Below, piece by piece: positions 1 to 8,822 of a DNA stretch of 64,000 bases; position 1 is the stretch's first letter, and the number at the start of each line of letters is the position of its first letter. The stretch is from an uncultured delta proteobacterium (lineage in GTDB: Bacteria; Desulfobacterota; RBG-13-43-22). Where the stretch lies: NCBI GenBank assembly GCA_963843145.1, contig CAWJJC010000006.1:1-64000 (forward strand). The letters run 5' to 3'. Below the pieces are notes generated by a model. That model ran no database searches. It was not told where the DNA came from and was given only the letters and a program-made list of their open reading frames with translations. The position numbers and the translations under genes were made by a program.

Positions 1-1
1 G

Positions 2-1138
2 GAATTCCCCCAAACCAAGACCATCCTCTTTTCCGCCTTCCAGGATATGGATACGACCATTCAGGCCATTAAATTGGGGGCCTATGATTATGTCCTGGAA
101 GATATCGATCTCCAGGAATTGGATCATAAAATCCAAAAGGCCATTCGTATCTTAACCTTAAATGCCCAGATCGCTCCTCTCCAGGAACCGCAATCCTTTT
201 CTTCTCTCGGATTCACTTTGATCGGTCAAAGCAAGGCCATGCGGGATATTTATAAATTTATCGGACTGATCTCCAATACCACAGCCCTGGTCGGAATTCG
301 AGGCGAGACGGGAACGGGGAAGAAGTTGATGGCGCAAGTCATCCATCAAAACAGCCCCAACCGGGAAGGCCCCTTTGTCACCGTGGACTGCACCACGATT
401 GTCGAAACCCTGTCGGAGAGCACCCTCTACGGCCACGAAAAAGGGTCTTTTACCGGGGCCGTGGAGAGTCATCGAGGTTTATTCGAGATGGCGGCGGAGG
501 GAACTATTTTTCTCGATGAGATCGCGGATCTTCCGCTTTCCATGCAGGGCAAACTCTTGCGTTTTTTGCAGGAGAAAGAATACCAGCGTATCGGGGGCAC
601 TTCCCAGAAAAAGTCCAATGCCCGGATCGTGGTCGCCACCAACCGGGACCTCTATCAGGCCATCACCCAGGGTAAATTTCGAAAAGACCTCTACTACCGA
701 CTCAAAGTCCTGACCATTTATATCCCCCCCCTACGGGAACGTCGGGAAGACATTCCCCTCTTGATCCAGCATTTTTTGCACAAGATCAATCGCGAACACC
801 ATACCCGGGTATTAAAGATCGAAGACCGGGCGATTCAATTGCTTAGTGAATACGACTGGCCGGGAAATGTACGGGAAATGGAAAATCTGCTGACGTTGGC
901 CTGCATTCTGGGCAAGGAAGAGGTCATTCTGGAGGAGACGGTCAAAGAGATTCTAAATCGCAGCCAACGCCTTCCTTATGATCGTCCGAATGTTTCCTCC
1001 TTGGGCGAAGCCGAGGAAGAGATTCTGAAAAGGGCTTTAAAAACAACCCAAGGGAATCTGACCCAGGCGGCCAAATTATTAAAAATTTCCCGGCCCACCT
1101 TGAGGGCTAAAATTCAGAAGTACCGACTTTCGCTTTAG
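2..1138 (+). CDS. Sigma54-dependent response regulator (NtrC family), 5'-truncated by the window edge
   Basis: Frame is open from base 2 (EFPQTKTILFSAFQDMDT). Receiver tail GAYDY, Walker A GETGTGK, GHEKGSFTGA, Walker B FLDEI, WPGNVRE and C-terminal Fis-type HTH (NLTQAAKLLKISRPTL). Confidence 0.93.
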   Translation, partial: EFPQTKTILFSAFQDMDTTIQAIKLGAYDYVLEDIDLQELDHKIQKAIRILTLNAQIAPLQEPQSFSSLGFTLIGQSKAMRDIYKFIGLISNTTALVGIRGETGTGKKLMAQVIHQNSPNREGPFVTVDCTTIVETLSESTLYGHEKGSFTGAVESHRGLFEMAAEGTIFLDEIADLPLSMQGKLLRFLQEKEYQRIGGTSQKKSNARIVVATNRDLYQAITQGKFRKDLYYRLKVLTIYIPPLRERREDIPLLIQHFLHKINREHHTRVLKIEDRAIQLLSEYDWPGNVREMENLLTLACILGKEEVILEETVKEILNRSQRLPYDRPNVSSLGEAEEEILKRALKTTQGNLTQAAKLLKISRPTLRAKIQKYRLSL

Positions 1139-1158
1139 TCTTTACTTTACGGATCAGC

Positions 1159-1199
1159 GGCAAAGATTTTTCCGGCCCTGGAAAAGGGTTTTCCAGGGC
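1159..1199. promoter_or_regulatory. Candidate upstream activator sites for the sigma54 activator (two dyads)
   Basis: GGCAAA-gat-TTTTCC (1159-1173) and GGAAAA-ggg-TTTTCC (1180-1194), 21 bp apart. The second sits inside a perfect 11-bp inverted repeat (1175-1199), about 75-110 bp upstream of the -24/-12 element. Confidence 0.6.
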
Positions 1200-1229
1200 A
1201 ATCATTTGCTGGAGCAGGTCCCTTCAAAA

Positions 1230-1242
1230 TAACACTTTGATT
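1230..1242 (-). promoter_or_regulatory. IHF binding site
   Basis: Minus strand AATCAAAGTGTTA matches WATCAANNNNTTR exactly and lies between the candidate activator sites and the sigma54 promoter. Confidence 0.65.
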
Positions 1243-1267
1243 CCAATTAGTTGTCTATTTGCAGGGT

Positions 1268-1284
1268 TTGGCATTGAACTTGCT
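1268..1284 (+). promoter_or_regulatory. Sigma54 (-24/-12) promoter of operon 1
   Basis: TTGGCATTGAACTTGCT: GG-N10-GC, just downstream of an NtrC-type gene. Confidence 0.85.
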
Positions 1285-1372
1285 TTACAAAAAAACAGAG
1301 ATTCGAATTTCTGATTTTAGTTCAGGCAAGGCAAACAGCTAATCCTTCCACTTGGAAGCGGAAAGGCAGACT

Positions 1373-2125
1373 ATGCGACTAAAAGATAAAGTAGCCATCG
1401 TAACCGGTGCCGCCAAAGGTCTGGGCCGGGCCTTTTGCCTGGGGTTGGCAGGGGAAGGGGCCCGAATCATGGCCGTGACGCGCAAGGATCTGGACAACCT
1501 GGAGCAAACTGTCCGGATGATCCGTTCCCTGGGCGGGGAAGCCGAAATGATTCAAGCCGACGTGGCCCTGGAGGGAGATACCCGGGCCATGGCCCAGGAA
1601 ACGCTCAAAAAATTTGGTCGTCTCGATATCCTGCTCAACAATGCGGCTATTTACGACGGGATCAAAAGGAAGCCTTTTTTTGAGATTGATCTGGCGGAAT
1701 GGGACCTGGTTATGAACGTGAATGTCAAAGGGGCCTTTTTATCCGCCCGGGCTGTCTTTCCTTTCATGAAAGAGCAGGGATATGGGAAGATCGTTAACCT
1801 GGCCTCGGAGGTTTTCTTTACGGGGTCCACCGGGTTTGCCCATTACGTGGCCTCCAAAGGGGGTATTATCGGTCTGACCCGAGCCCTGGCGGTGGAACTG
1901 GGACCGCATAATATCTGCATCAACTGTATTGCTCCCGGTTTTACCGATACCGAGGCCAGCCGGGGAATAGCTGATGTCTCCAAATACGATGTTTCCAAGA
2001 CGCCCTTGAGACGGCTGGAAAAGCCGGAAGATCTGGTGGGAGCAGCCCTTTTCCTGGCTTCTCCGGAAAGTGATTTTATAACCGGGCAGACCCTGTTGAT
2101 CGACGGGGGACGGGCCATGCATTAA
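1373..2125 (+). CDS. Short-chain dehydrogenase/reductase (classical SDR; resembles aryl-alcohol/pyridoxal dehydrogenase-type SDRs)
   Basis: TGAAKGLG, NNAA, YVASK. ATG at 1373 follows a GAAAGG RBS (the ORF track starts at TTG 1352). Confidence 0.9.
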   Translation: MRLKDKVAIVTGAAKGLGRAFCLGLAGEGARIMAVTRKDLDNLEQTVRMIRSLGGEAEMIQADVALEGDTRAMAQETLKKFGRLDILLNNAAIYDGIKRKPFFEIDLAEWDLVMNVNVKGAFLSARAVFPFMKEQGYGKIVNLASEVFFTGSTGFAHYVASKGGIIGLTRALAVELGPHNICINCIAPGFTDTEASRGIADVSKYDVSKTPLRRLEKPEDLVGAALFLASPESDFITGQTLLIDGGRAMH

Positions 2126-2279
2126 AAACCAAGCAGGTTCACCGCCCACCTTTACTTTTCAGGGCAGGCGCCGGCCTGGATAGTAAAGGTTTTAAGGCAA
2201 CGCATTTAAACGAATGGGCAGAATCCGGGTCTCTCTTTCGAGAGGCCCTAATTAATAACCACCAAAAGGAGGAGGAAGC

Positions 2280-3962
2280 ATGAAAGTGTATGATGTCGTC
2301 CCCGGTTTGGAATTTGAACCAGAAAGAGATTTTGCCCAATCGCCCGCCTGGTTTTTGGACGGCACCCATTCCGTCCCGCCCTGGACCCCCATGTTTGGTT
2401 GGTTTTGGGTCAACTTCTGCCGCCACGGTATGCAGTACGGTGCGGAAAAGCTGAGCCTGCCAACGGTTAAGGGCTGGGATTGGCGTTTTCACCGAGGGGG
2501 TGGGTACCTGACCTTGTTGCTGGTCCACAGCGAGGAAGAAAAACAACGAAGAGAAACCGAATTTCGCAAGGCCATCCTCCCCTTTATTGAAGATTATGAC
2601 GGCTTGTGGGGAGGACTGGTCAAGGAGATCTTAGGGCGTTATGAAAAGCTGAAGGCCCTGGATCTGGAGCAGGCTACCAACATTGAACTCCTGGATAATT
2701 TTGAAGAGACGATCAACACCTGCCGCCGGATGTGGGAAATCCACATGTACATGATGTACGGCACCTATACGGCCTATATCCTTTTTGAAAACATGTGCCG
2801 GGAACTGGCCGGCATCGACGACACCTCCCCGGCCTTCCATAAGCTGGTTTCGGGTTTTGACAATAAGGTCTTTCAGGTAGACCGCCGTCTCTGGGAGTTT
2901 TCCAAAAGGGCCCGAGAGGACGGATTGGCCGAAACCATCCTGGGCAGCAAGCCCGCTGAAATCCAGAGCCGTCTCCAGGAATCGGCCAAGGGCAAAGAAT
3001 TCATGAAAGACTTCATGGCCTTCATGAATGAAGACGGCTGGCGCATGCAACGGATGTCCGAGATGAATATGCCCACCTGGGTGGAAGACCCCACACCGGC
3101 CCTGGTCAACGTGAAACAGTTTCTTCAGAAGGGCGGGGGCTTTAACCTCGAGGAGGAGCGGGGCAAAATAACCGAACAGCGGAAAGCGGCGGAAAAAGAG
3201 GTTCTGGCCAAGGTTCCCCAGGATCAGCGGGGCTGGTTTGGCCGCTTGATGGTTTTGGCCCAAAAGAGCGGGGTCTTCAGCGAGGAGCATGACCACTACC
3301 TGGATCTCTATACGCATGCCATGATGCGTCGCAGCGCCTTGGGTCTGGGAAAGCGTTTCGCCCAGAAAGGGGCCCTCAACGAAGCCGACGATATTTTCTT
3401 CCTCATGCCCGATGAGGTGCGCCGGGCCGGGATCAACCCCGACCAATTTGATTTGCGCTACATTGTGGATCGTCGAAGAGCGGAGTGGCAGGAATGGCAA
3501 AAGACGCCCAACCCGCCGGCCTTCTTAAAAGAGGGTTTCGATCTGGATATGGCCATGGGGGTCCTGGTGCAATCCATGGATCCTATCGCCCTGAAAGTCG
3601 TGGTCGGTTCCATGCCCCAGGTCCGTCCGGAGCTCAAGGCCGACCTCTATGGGAGCTGCGGTTCCCCCGGAGTGGCCGAAGGTCCGGCCCGGGTGATCTT
3701 GAACGAAGACGAACTTCACCTGGTCGAAGAGGGAGATATCCTGGTAGCGGCCAGTACCTCGCCCAGTTGGACCCCGGTTTTTTCCATGATCAAGGGCGTG
3801 GTCGTGGACCGCGGGGCCAGCCTTTCCCATGCCGCTATTGTGGGAAGGGAATACGGCATTCCGGTGGTCATGAATGTCTTTGAGGGTACGGCCAAGATCA
3901 AGTCCGGTCAGCGGATCAAGGTCGATGCCAATCTGGGGGTCGTGTTTATTTTGGACAAATAA
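2280..3962 (+). CDS. Phenylphosphate synthase alpha-like subunit (substrate-binding region plus PEP-utilizing His swivel domain)
   Basis: N-terminal WFLDGTH resembles the WFYDGLH motif I recall from Thauera PpsA. C-terminal SPGVAEGPARV, TSPSWTPVF and DRGASLSHAAIVGREYGIP (phospho-His motif). Strong AGGAGGAGG RBS. Confidence 0.85.
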   Translation: MKVYDVVPGLEFEPERDFAQSPAWFLDGTHSVPPWTPMFGWFWVNFCRHGMQYGAEKLSLPTVKGWDWRFHRGGGYLTLLLVHSEEEKQRRETEFRKAILPFIEDYDGLWGGLVKEILGRYEKLKALDLEQATNIELLDNFEETINTCRRMWEIHMYMMYGTYTAYILFENMCRELAGIDDTSPAFHKLVSGFDNKVFQVDRRLWEFSKRAREDGLAETILGSKPAEIQSRLQESAKGKEFMKDFMAFMNEDGWRMQRMSEMNMPTWVEDPTPALVNVKQFLQKGGGFNLEEERGKITEQRKAAEKEVLAKVPQDQRGWFGRLMVLAQKSGVFSEEHDHYLDLYTHAMMRRSALGLGKRFAQKGALNEADDIFFLMPDEVRRAGINPDQFDLRYIVDRRRAEWQEWQKTPNPPAFLKEGFDLDMAMGVLVQSMDPIALKVVVGSMPQVRPELKADLYGSCGSPGVAEGPARVILNEDELHLVEEGDILVAASTSPSWTPVFSMIKGVVVDRGASLSHAAIVGREYGIPVVMNVFEGTAKIKSGQRIKVDANLGVVFILDK

Positions 3963-3974
3963 AAAACCCATTGG

Positions 3975-4009
3975 GACCTTTCCTTCCCCGTGACGGGGAG
4001 GGAAAGGTC
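3975..4009 (+). other. 16-bp stem-loop between the ppsA-like and ppsB-like genes, no U-tract (possible mRNA-stabilising hairpin)
   Basis: GACCTTTCCTTCCCCG-TGA-CGGGGAGGGAAAGGTC with one G-U pair. Confidence 0.6.
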
Positions 4010-4026
4010 TTCCAGGAGCAGGTTCC

Positions 4027-5052
4027 ATGAGCGAACAATGGATCTTTTGGTTTGAGGAATTGGGGACCGGGGACAACGACCGGGTAGGGAAAAAATGTGC
4101 CAACCTGGGGGAGATGACCCGACTGGGCCTGCGCATTCCTCCCGGATTTGCCATTTCCATAGACGGGTACGAACGATTTATGGCTGAAACCGGAGCCGGC
4201 GAGGAGATTCGGCGCTATGTCCAGGAAAACCGGGAGCATTTAAAGGAGGTTAAAAATCAAATAATAGCCAGTCAGGCTATCCGGAACATTATCGAGTGCA
4301 AAGAAATGCCCCCGGCCATGAGGGAGGAGTTGTTCCAATATTACGACCAGTTGAAAGAACGGGCCGGAGTCCAGGAGCTTTCGGTGGCCGTCCGGTCCAG
4401 CGGGGCGGTCAGCATGCCCGGCCAGATGGAGAGCTATCTGAATGTCCGGCGGAAGGAAGCGGTACTCCAGAAGGTGATCCAGGTCTGGGGAAGCGCCTTT
4501 ACCACCCGGGCCATAGCTTTTCGGCTGGAGAAAGGGATGGCCATGGAAAAGGCTCCCATCGGCATCGCCGTCCTGAAGATGGTGGAGGCCAAGTCCGCCG
4601 GCGTGGTCTTGACGGTCTTACCGACGAGCGGAGACCTGTCGAAGGTAATCGTGGAAGGCAACTGGGGTTTGGGTGAGAGTGTGGTCAGCGGCGAAATTAA
4701 CCCCGATCAGTTTATTGTCGATAAAAGCGACGGGACGGTGGAAAGCACCGTCCATAGTAAAACCAAGATGGTGATTTATCATGAGGGGGGGACCGTTACC
4801 GCCCAGGTTCCGGAGGCCATCCAGGAAAAGCCCTGTGTCAACCCGGAAGAATTGAAAGAAATCGTGCGGATCGCCAAACAAGTGGAGGAGCATTTTCAAA
4901 CTCCCCAGGACATGGAATGGGTCCTGGATGGTGTTCAATCCATTCCGGAGAGTCTTTATTGGGTCCAGGCCCGACCGGCTAAATACGCCCAGGTCAAAGA
5001 AAAGGAATCCGAATATCTGGCGGAGCTGATGACCCGCCTGTTTAAGTTTTAA
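4027..5052 (+). CDS. Phenylphosphate synthase beta-like subunit (stand-alone PEP-synthase N-terminal ATP-grasp domain)
   Basis: VGKKCANLGEM, PPGFA, AVRSS, NWGLGESVVSGEINPD, QDMEW, VQARP. No His or TIM-barrel domain. Confidence 0.88.
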   Translation: MSEQWIFWFEELGTGDNDRVGKKCANLGEMTRLGLRIPPGFAISIDGYERFMAETGAGEEIRRYVQENREHLKEVKNQIIASQAIRNIIECKEMPPAMREELFQYYDQLKERAGVQELSVAVRSSGAVSMPGQMESYLNVRRKEAVLQKVIQVWGSAFTTRAIAFRLEKGMAMEKAPIGIAVLKMVEAKSAGVVLTVLPTSGDLSKVIVEGNWGLGESVVSGEINPDQFIVDKSDGTVESTVHSKTKMVIYHEGGTVTAQVPEAIQEKPCVNPEELKEIVRIAKQVEEHFQTPQDMEWVLDGVQSIPESLYWVQARPAKYAQVKEKESEYLAELMTRLFKF

Positions 5053-5083
5053 TTCCTTTCTTCAGGCCGGAAAAGGAGAAACG

Positions 5084-5743
5084 ATGGCCATCCTGTTTAC
5101 ACAATATTGGGATGTGATGCCCGGTAAATTTGATTCCTATACGGCTTTTATTACCCAGGAGTACAATCCCGCCCTGCAGCAGTTGGGGATTCGGTTGGTG
5201 GGAGGGTATTATGTGGCGGTAGGCGAAGGTCCCCGGATTGTGGCCGTAGCTACGGTGGATGAAACCGAGAATTTGCGGAAGACCATTTCATCCCCGGCCT
5301 ACCGGGAGATTTCCAATAAATTACTCGAATACGTCTGGAAATATACCAATAAAGTCTATGTCCCCTCCGGACGCATCCAGGAAGGACCGTACCGCATCCA
5401 GACCGGAGTTTGGAAATTCAACCAGTATTATAACGTCCTCCGGGGTCAGGAGGAGGCCCATCGGAAGTTCGTCAAGGAAGAATGCCTGCCGGGGATGGAA
5501 GAATTAAAGATCCCGCTTACCGGAGGGTGGCGTCTGGTCATGGGCAGCGGCCCGAGGATCCTGGCTGAAGCTACCGGGCGAAGTATTGTCGATATCGCCA
5601 GGGCCATTGATACCTCTCTCTTCAGAAAGTTGGTCAGGACCCTGAAAAATGAGTTTGCCACGGACTACGGCAGCCGGATCCTGGCCCCGACGGGACGGAT
5701 TGAAGTACCGTACCTGATGAGCGAAATGATGAAAAAATTTTAG
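5084..5743 (+). CDS. Hypothetical protein with two internal repeats (NIPSNAP-like / dimeric alpha-beta barrel)
   Basis: Repeat 1 FTQYWDVMPGK...GGYYVAVGEGPRIVAVAT; repeat 2 FNQYYNVLRGQ...GGWRLVMGSGPRILAEAT. AGGAG RBS. Confidence 0.65.
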   Translation: MAILFTQYWDVMPGKFDSYTAFITQEYNPALQQLGIRLVGGYYVAVGEGPRIVAVATVDETENLRKTISSPAYREISNKLLEYVWKYTNKVYVPSGRIQEGPYRIQTGVWKFNQYYNVLRGQEEAHRKFVKEECLPGMEELKIPLTGGWRLVMGSGPRILAEATGRSIVDIARAIDTSLFRKLVRTLKNEFATDYGSRILAPTGRIEVPYLMSEMMKKF

Positions 5744-5826
5744 CCGGAAGCTTTAGGATTTCTGGCTAAAATTTTTATATTTTCGATTCTTTTCTTTGGC
5801 AGCAAGGTGATTTGGAGAACAACGAC

Positions 5827-7782
5827 ATGATCCCGGAACGGCCCATCTATTGGATGATCGGGGAGGTCTGGGTCTTTTATGTCCTGGCGACCCTGGCCGT
5901 CGGCCTGCTGGTCCTCGGAGTGGCCGCCCACCTCCGGGTGTGGATGAAAAGCGCTCCCGGGAGCCGGACGGCGTTTTCCGGGCCCGCCCTGGGGCAGGCC
6001 CTCCTGGATATCTTCCTGGGGCGGACCGCCTTTAAAGGGGAGCCCTGGGCCGGTCTCATGCATTTTTTGATCTTCTGGGGATTTATCGTCCTCTTGATCG
6101 GCACTTCCCTGCTGGCCGGGCACGAATATCTCTCTCCTTTTCTGATCGGCCGGGCCCATCTTGTTTTCGAAGTCGCCATGGAAATTGGTGGACTCCTCCT
6201 CATTGCCGGTGTCGTCTGGGCCTTGATTCGACGGTATCTGCAACGGGTCCCCCGGCTGGAACGCCGTCTGGAGGACGCCGTCATCCCGGTCGGTTTGCTG
6301 ATCGTGGCCTGTTCCGGGTTCCTGCTGGAAGGCCTACGGCTGGCGGTTCAAAAGCCCGCCTGGGCCCAGTGGTCCTTTGTCGGGTCCGGGATCGCCGGTT
6401 TGATCCCCGAGCCGGCCGCCTTGACGGCCTACCCCTACTTCTGGTGGGGACACGCCCTGGTGAGCCTGGGTTTCATTGCCCTGATCCCCTACGGCAAACT
6501 CTTTCATTTGGTGGGAGGGCCGGCGGCCCTTTACCTCCACCGCGTTCCCGAAATAAGGAAACCGGCCGAATCCGAAGATAGCGAAATGGAAGAAGGCCCC
6601 TCTCTGGCGGAGGTGGTTTTCTATGACGCCTGCATGCGCTGCGGACGCTGTGTTCAGTCCTGTCCCTCCAACGGCGCCGGCGAGCCCCTGGCCCCCCGTG
6701 ACTTCGTCCAGGCCGCCCGTCGGGGGCTATGGCGGGAACATTCTCCCCAGGGCGATATCCGCTTTCTAACCCCCGAGAAGGCCCTCGAAGATAAAACGGC
6801 CTGGTACTGCACCACCTGTGCCGCCTGCGGGGAGATCTGCCCGGTGTATGGCGTCCCCTTCAAGCTGATAACGAAGCAGCGGACCCGACTGATCGAGGAA
6901 GGGAAGGAAGTCCCCGACCTGATGAATCAGACCCTGGAGCGGCTTTTCAACTATGACAACCCCTGGGTGTCTTCCAAGCGGGAACGGGCCGTCTGGGCCA
7001 AGGGTCTGGGTCTCCCGATCCTGAAAGCGGACGGGAAAGTGTCTCCCTTGTGCTATTTCGTGGGCTGCACGACCTCTTTCGACGCCCGGGCCCAGGGGAT
7101 CGCCAGGGCCTTCACGGATCTCCTGCAAAAGGCCGGAGTGCGCTTCGGGATCATCGGCGACAAGGAACCCTGCTGCGGAGATATCGGCCGGGTGACCGGA
7201 GAAATCGGGCTGTTCCAGGAAAAGAGGGAAAACGCCCTGGAACTCTTTGACCGCCTGGGTATCCGGGAGGTGGTCACCTCCTCGCCCCATTGCTTCCACT
7301 CACTCTTCCATGAATATCCCGGAAGGCCCTTCGAGGTGCGGCACTATACCATGGTCCTGAGGGAGCTGATCGCCGCGAAAAGGCTGACCTTCAAAAGCGC
7401 CGGGACCCGGACAGTGACCTTTCACGATCCCTGCTATTTGGGCCGCCACAATCGCCTCTTCGATGAACCCCGGGAAATCATCCGCGCCCTGCCCGGCGTA
7501 ACCCTGGTGGAAATGGCCCACCATGGCCCGAACAGCCTCTGCTGCGGCGGCGGCGGCGGCCGGATGTGGCAGGGAACGGACCTGCGGGGGGAGGCGCGCA
7601 TGAGTGAAATACGGATGAAGGAGGCCCGGGACAGCGGGGCGGAAGTTTTGATTACCGCCTGCCCTCTCTGCCTGGTCATGCTGGAAGACGCCTGGAAGAC
7701 TTTGGGTTTAGAAGAAAAGATGAAGGTCATGGATTTGAACGAGGTGGTGCTGGAGGCTTTGGAATATAAAAAAAGCCAATAA
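5827..7782 (+). CDS. Membrane-bound FeS oxidoreductase (NarI-like membrane domain, 4Fe-4S dicluster, two CCG domains); ETF:(methyl)menaquinone oxidoreductase type
   Basis: Hydrophobic N-terminus with His motifs (LMHFLIFWGF, WWGHAL, KLFHL); CMRCGRCVQSCP; CTTCAACGEICP; CCGD, FHDPCYLGR, CCGGGGG, TACPLC. Adjacent to etf genes. Confidence 0.88.
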   Translation: MIPERPIYWMIGEVWVFYVLATLAVGLLVLGVAAHLRVWMKSAPGSRTAFSGPALGQALLDIFLGRTAFKGEPWAGLMHFLIFWGFIVLLIGTSLLAGHEYLSPFLIGRAHLVFEVAMEIGGLLLIAGVVWALIRRYLQRVPRLERRLEDAVIPVGLLIVACSGFLLEGLRLAVQKPAWAQWSFVGSGIAGLIPEPAALTAYPYFWWGHALVSLGFIALIPYGKLFHLVGGPAALYLHRVPEIRKPAESEDSEMEEGPSLAEVVFYDACMRCGRCVQSCPSNGAGEPLAPRDFVQAARRGLWREHSPQGDIRFLTPEKALEDKTAWYCTTCAACGEICPVYGVPFKLITKQRTRLIEEGKEVPDLMNQTLERLFNYDNPWVSSKRERAVWAKGLGLPILKADGKVSPLCYFVGCTTSFDARAQGIARAFTDLLQKAGVRFGIIGDKEPCCGDIGRVTGEIGLFQEKRENALELFDRLGIREVVTSSPHCFHSLFHEYPGRPFEVRHYTMVLRELIAAKRLTFKSAGTRTVTFHDPCYLGRHNRLFDEPREIIRALPGVTLVEMAHHGPNSLCCGGGGGRMWQGTDLRGEARMSEIRMKEARDSGAEVLITACPLCLVMLEDAWKTLGLEEKMKVMDLNEVVLEALEYKKSQ

Positions 7783-7836
7783 TCGACGGTTAACAATTGA
7801 TTGTTAATTGGGATTCGGTTGGATGAAAGGAACATT

Positions 7837-8820
7837 ATGAGTGAGATTTTAATTTTGGCGGAGGGGCTGGGAGATGTTCCCGACAAGAAGACCCTGGAGC
7901 TCTTTCGGGCCGGGTCGGAGCTGGCCGGGGACCTGGGGATCCCGGTCTCGGCCGTCGTAGCGGGAGAAAAGGTAGCCTCCCTGGCAGCCGCGGCTGCCGC
8001 ATATGGGCTGCAAAAGATCTACCTCCTGGAGCACCCCCTGCTCCAAGGCTTTCAGCCGGAGGCCTGGGTGGGGGCCTTGGAGTGGCTGTGCCGGCAAATC
8101 AACCCCCGGATCCTGCTGATCGGCCAGGCCTATATCGGCCGGGAAGTGGCCCCCCGACTGGCCTTTCGACTCCAGACCGAGCTGACTACCGACTGCCTGG
8201 GCCTGTCCATCGACCCGCAGGACGGTCTGCTGGTGCGCACCAAGCCCATTTACGGGGGCAACGCCATCGCCATCTTGAAAGGCGCCGGTTCGCCGCAGAT
8301 GGTCACCGTCCGTAAAAACGTCTACGAACCCCTGGAGGCGGGAACCGGGTCGAGTGAAATCGTAGCGCTGACGCCCCCGCTGGAAGAATCAGCCATCCGG
8401 GTCAAATTCCTGAAGACGGTGCCGGAGGAAGTGGTCGAACTGGACAAGGCCAACATGGTGATCTCCGGCGGCCGAGGCATTGCCGAAAAGGAGGATTTCG
8501 AACTTTTGGAAGCCCTGGCCCGCGCTTTGGGCAAAACCCACGGCCAGGTGCTCATCGGCTGCAGCCGACCGGTGGTGGATAAATGCTGGCTGTCCTCCGA
8601 CCGGCAGGTCGGATTGACCGGGTCGATCATCGCCCCGGACGTCTACCTGGCCATCGGCATCTCCGGGGCCATCCAACACCTGGTGGGCATGGTCCGGTCC
8701 AAGAAGATCATCGCCATCAATACCGATGCCGGCTGCAACATGTTCAAGGTGGCCGACTACGGCGTGGTGGAGGACTATAAGGACCTGCTGCCGGCCCTGG
8801 TCAAGAAACTGGAGGGATAG
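7837..8820 (+). CDS. etfA: Electron transfer flavoprotein alpha subunit
   Basis: SGGRG, SRPVVD, QVGLTG, GISGAIQHLVGM, IAINTD. ATG at 7837 follows AAAGGA. Confidence 0.93.
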   Translation: MSEILILAEGLGDVPDKKTLELFRAGSELAGDLGIPVSAVVAGEKVASLAAAAAAYGLQKIYLLEHPLLQGFQPEAWVGALEWLCRQINPRILLIGQAYIGREVAPRLAFRLQTELTTDCLGLSIDPQDGLLVRTKPIYGGNAIAILKGAGSPQMVTVRKNVYEPLEAGTGSSEIVALTPPLEESAIRVKFLKTVPEEVVELDKANMVISGGRGIAEKEDFELLEALARALGKTHGQVLIGCSRPVVDKCWLSSDRQVGLTGSIIAPDVYLAIGISGAIQHLVGMVRSKKIIAINTDAGCNMFKVADYGVVEDYKDLLPALVKKLEG

Positions 8821-8822
8821 CC

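Noticed and set aside
2280-5052. Calling the pair a broken PEP synthase (ppsA) or a true phenol phenylphosphate synthase
   Set aside because: The domain order (His domain at the C-terminus of a separate subunit) is the natural PpsA/PpsB layout, not a split pseudogene. No PpsC or UbiD carboxylase is in the window, so phenol specificity is unsupported and no gene symbol is given.
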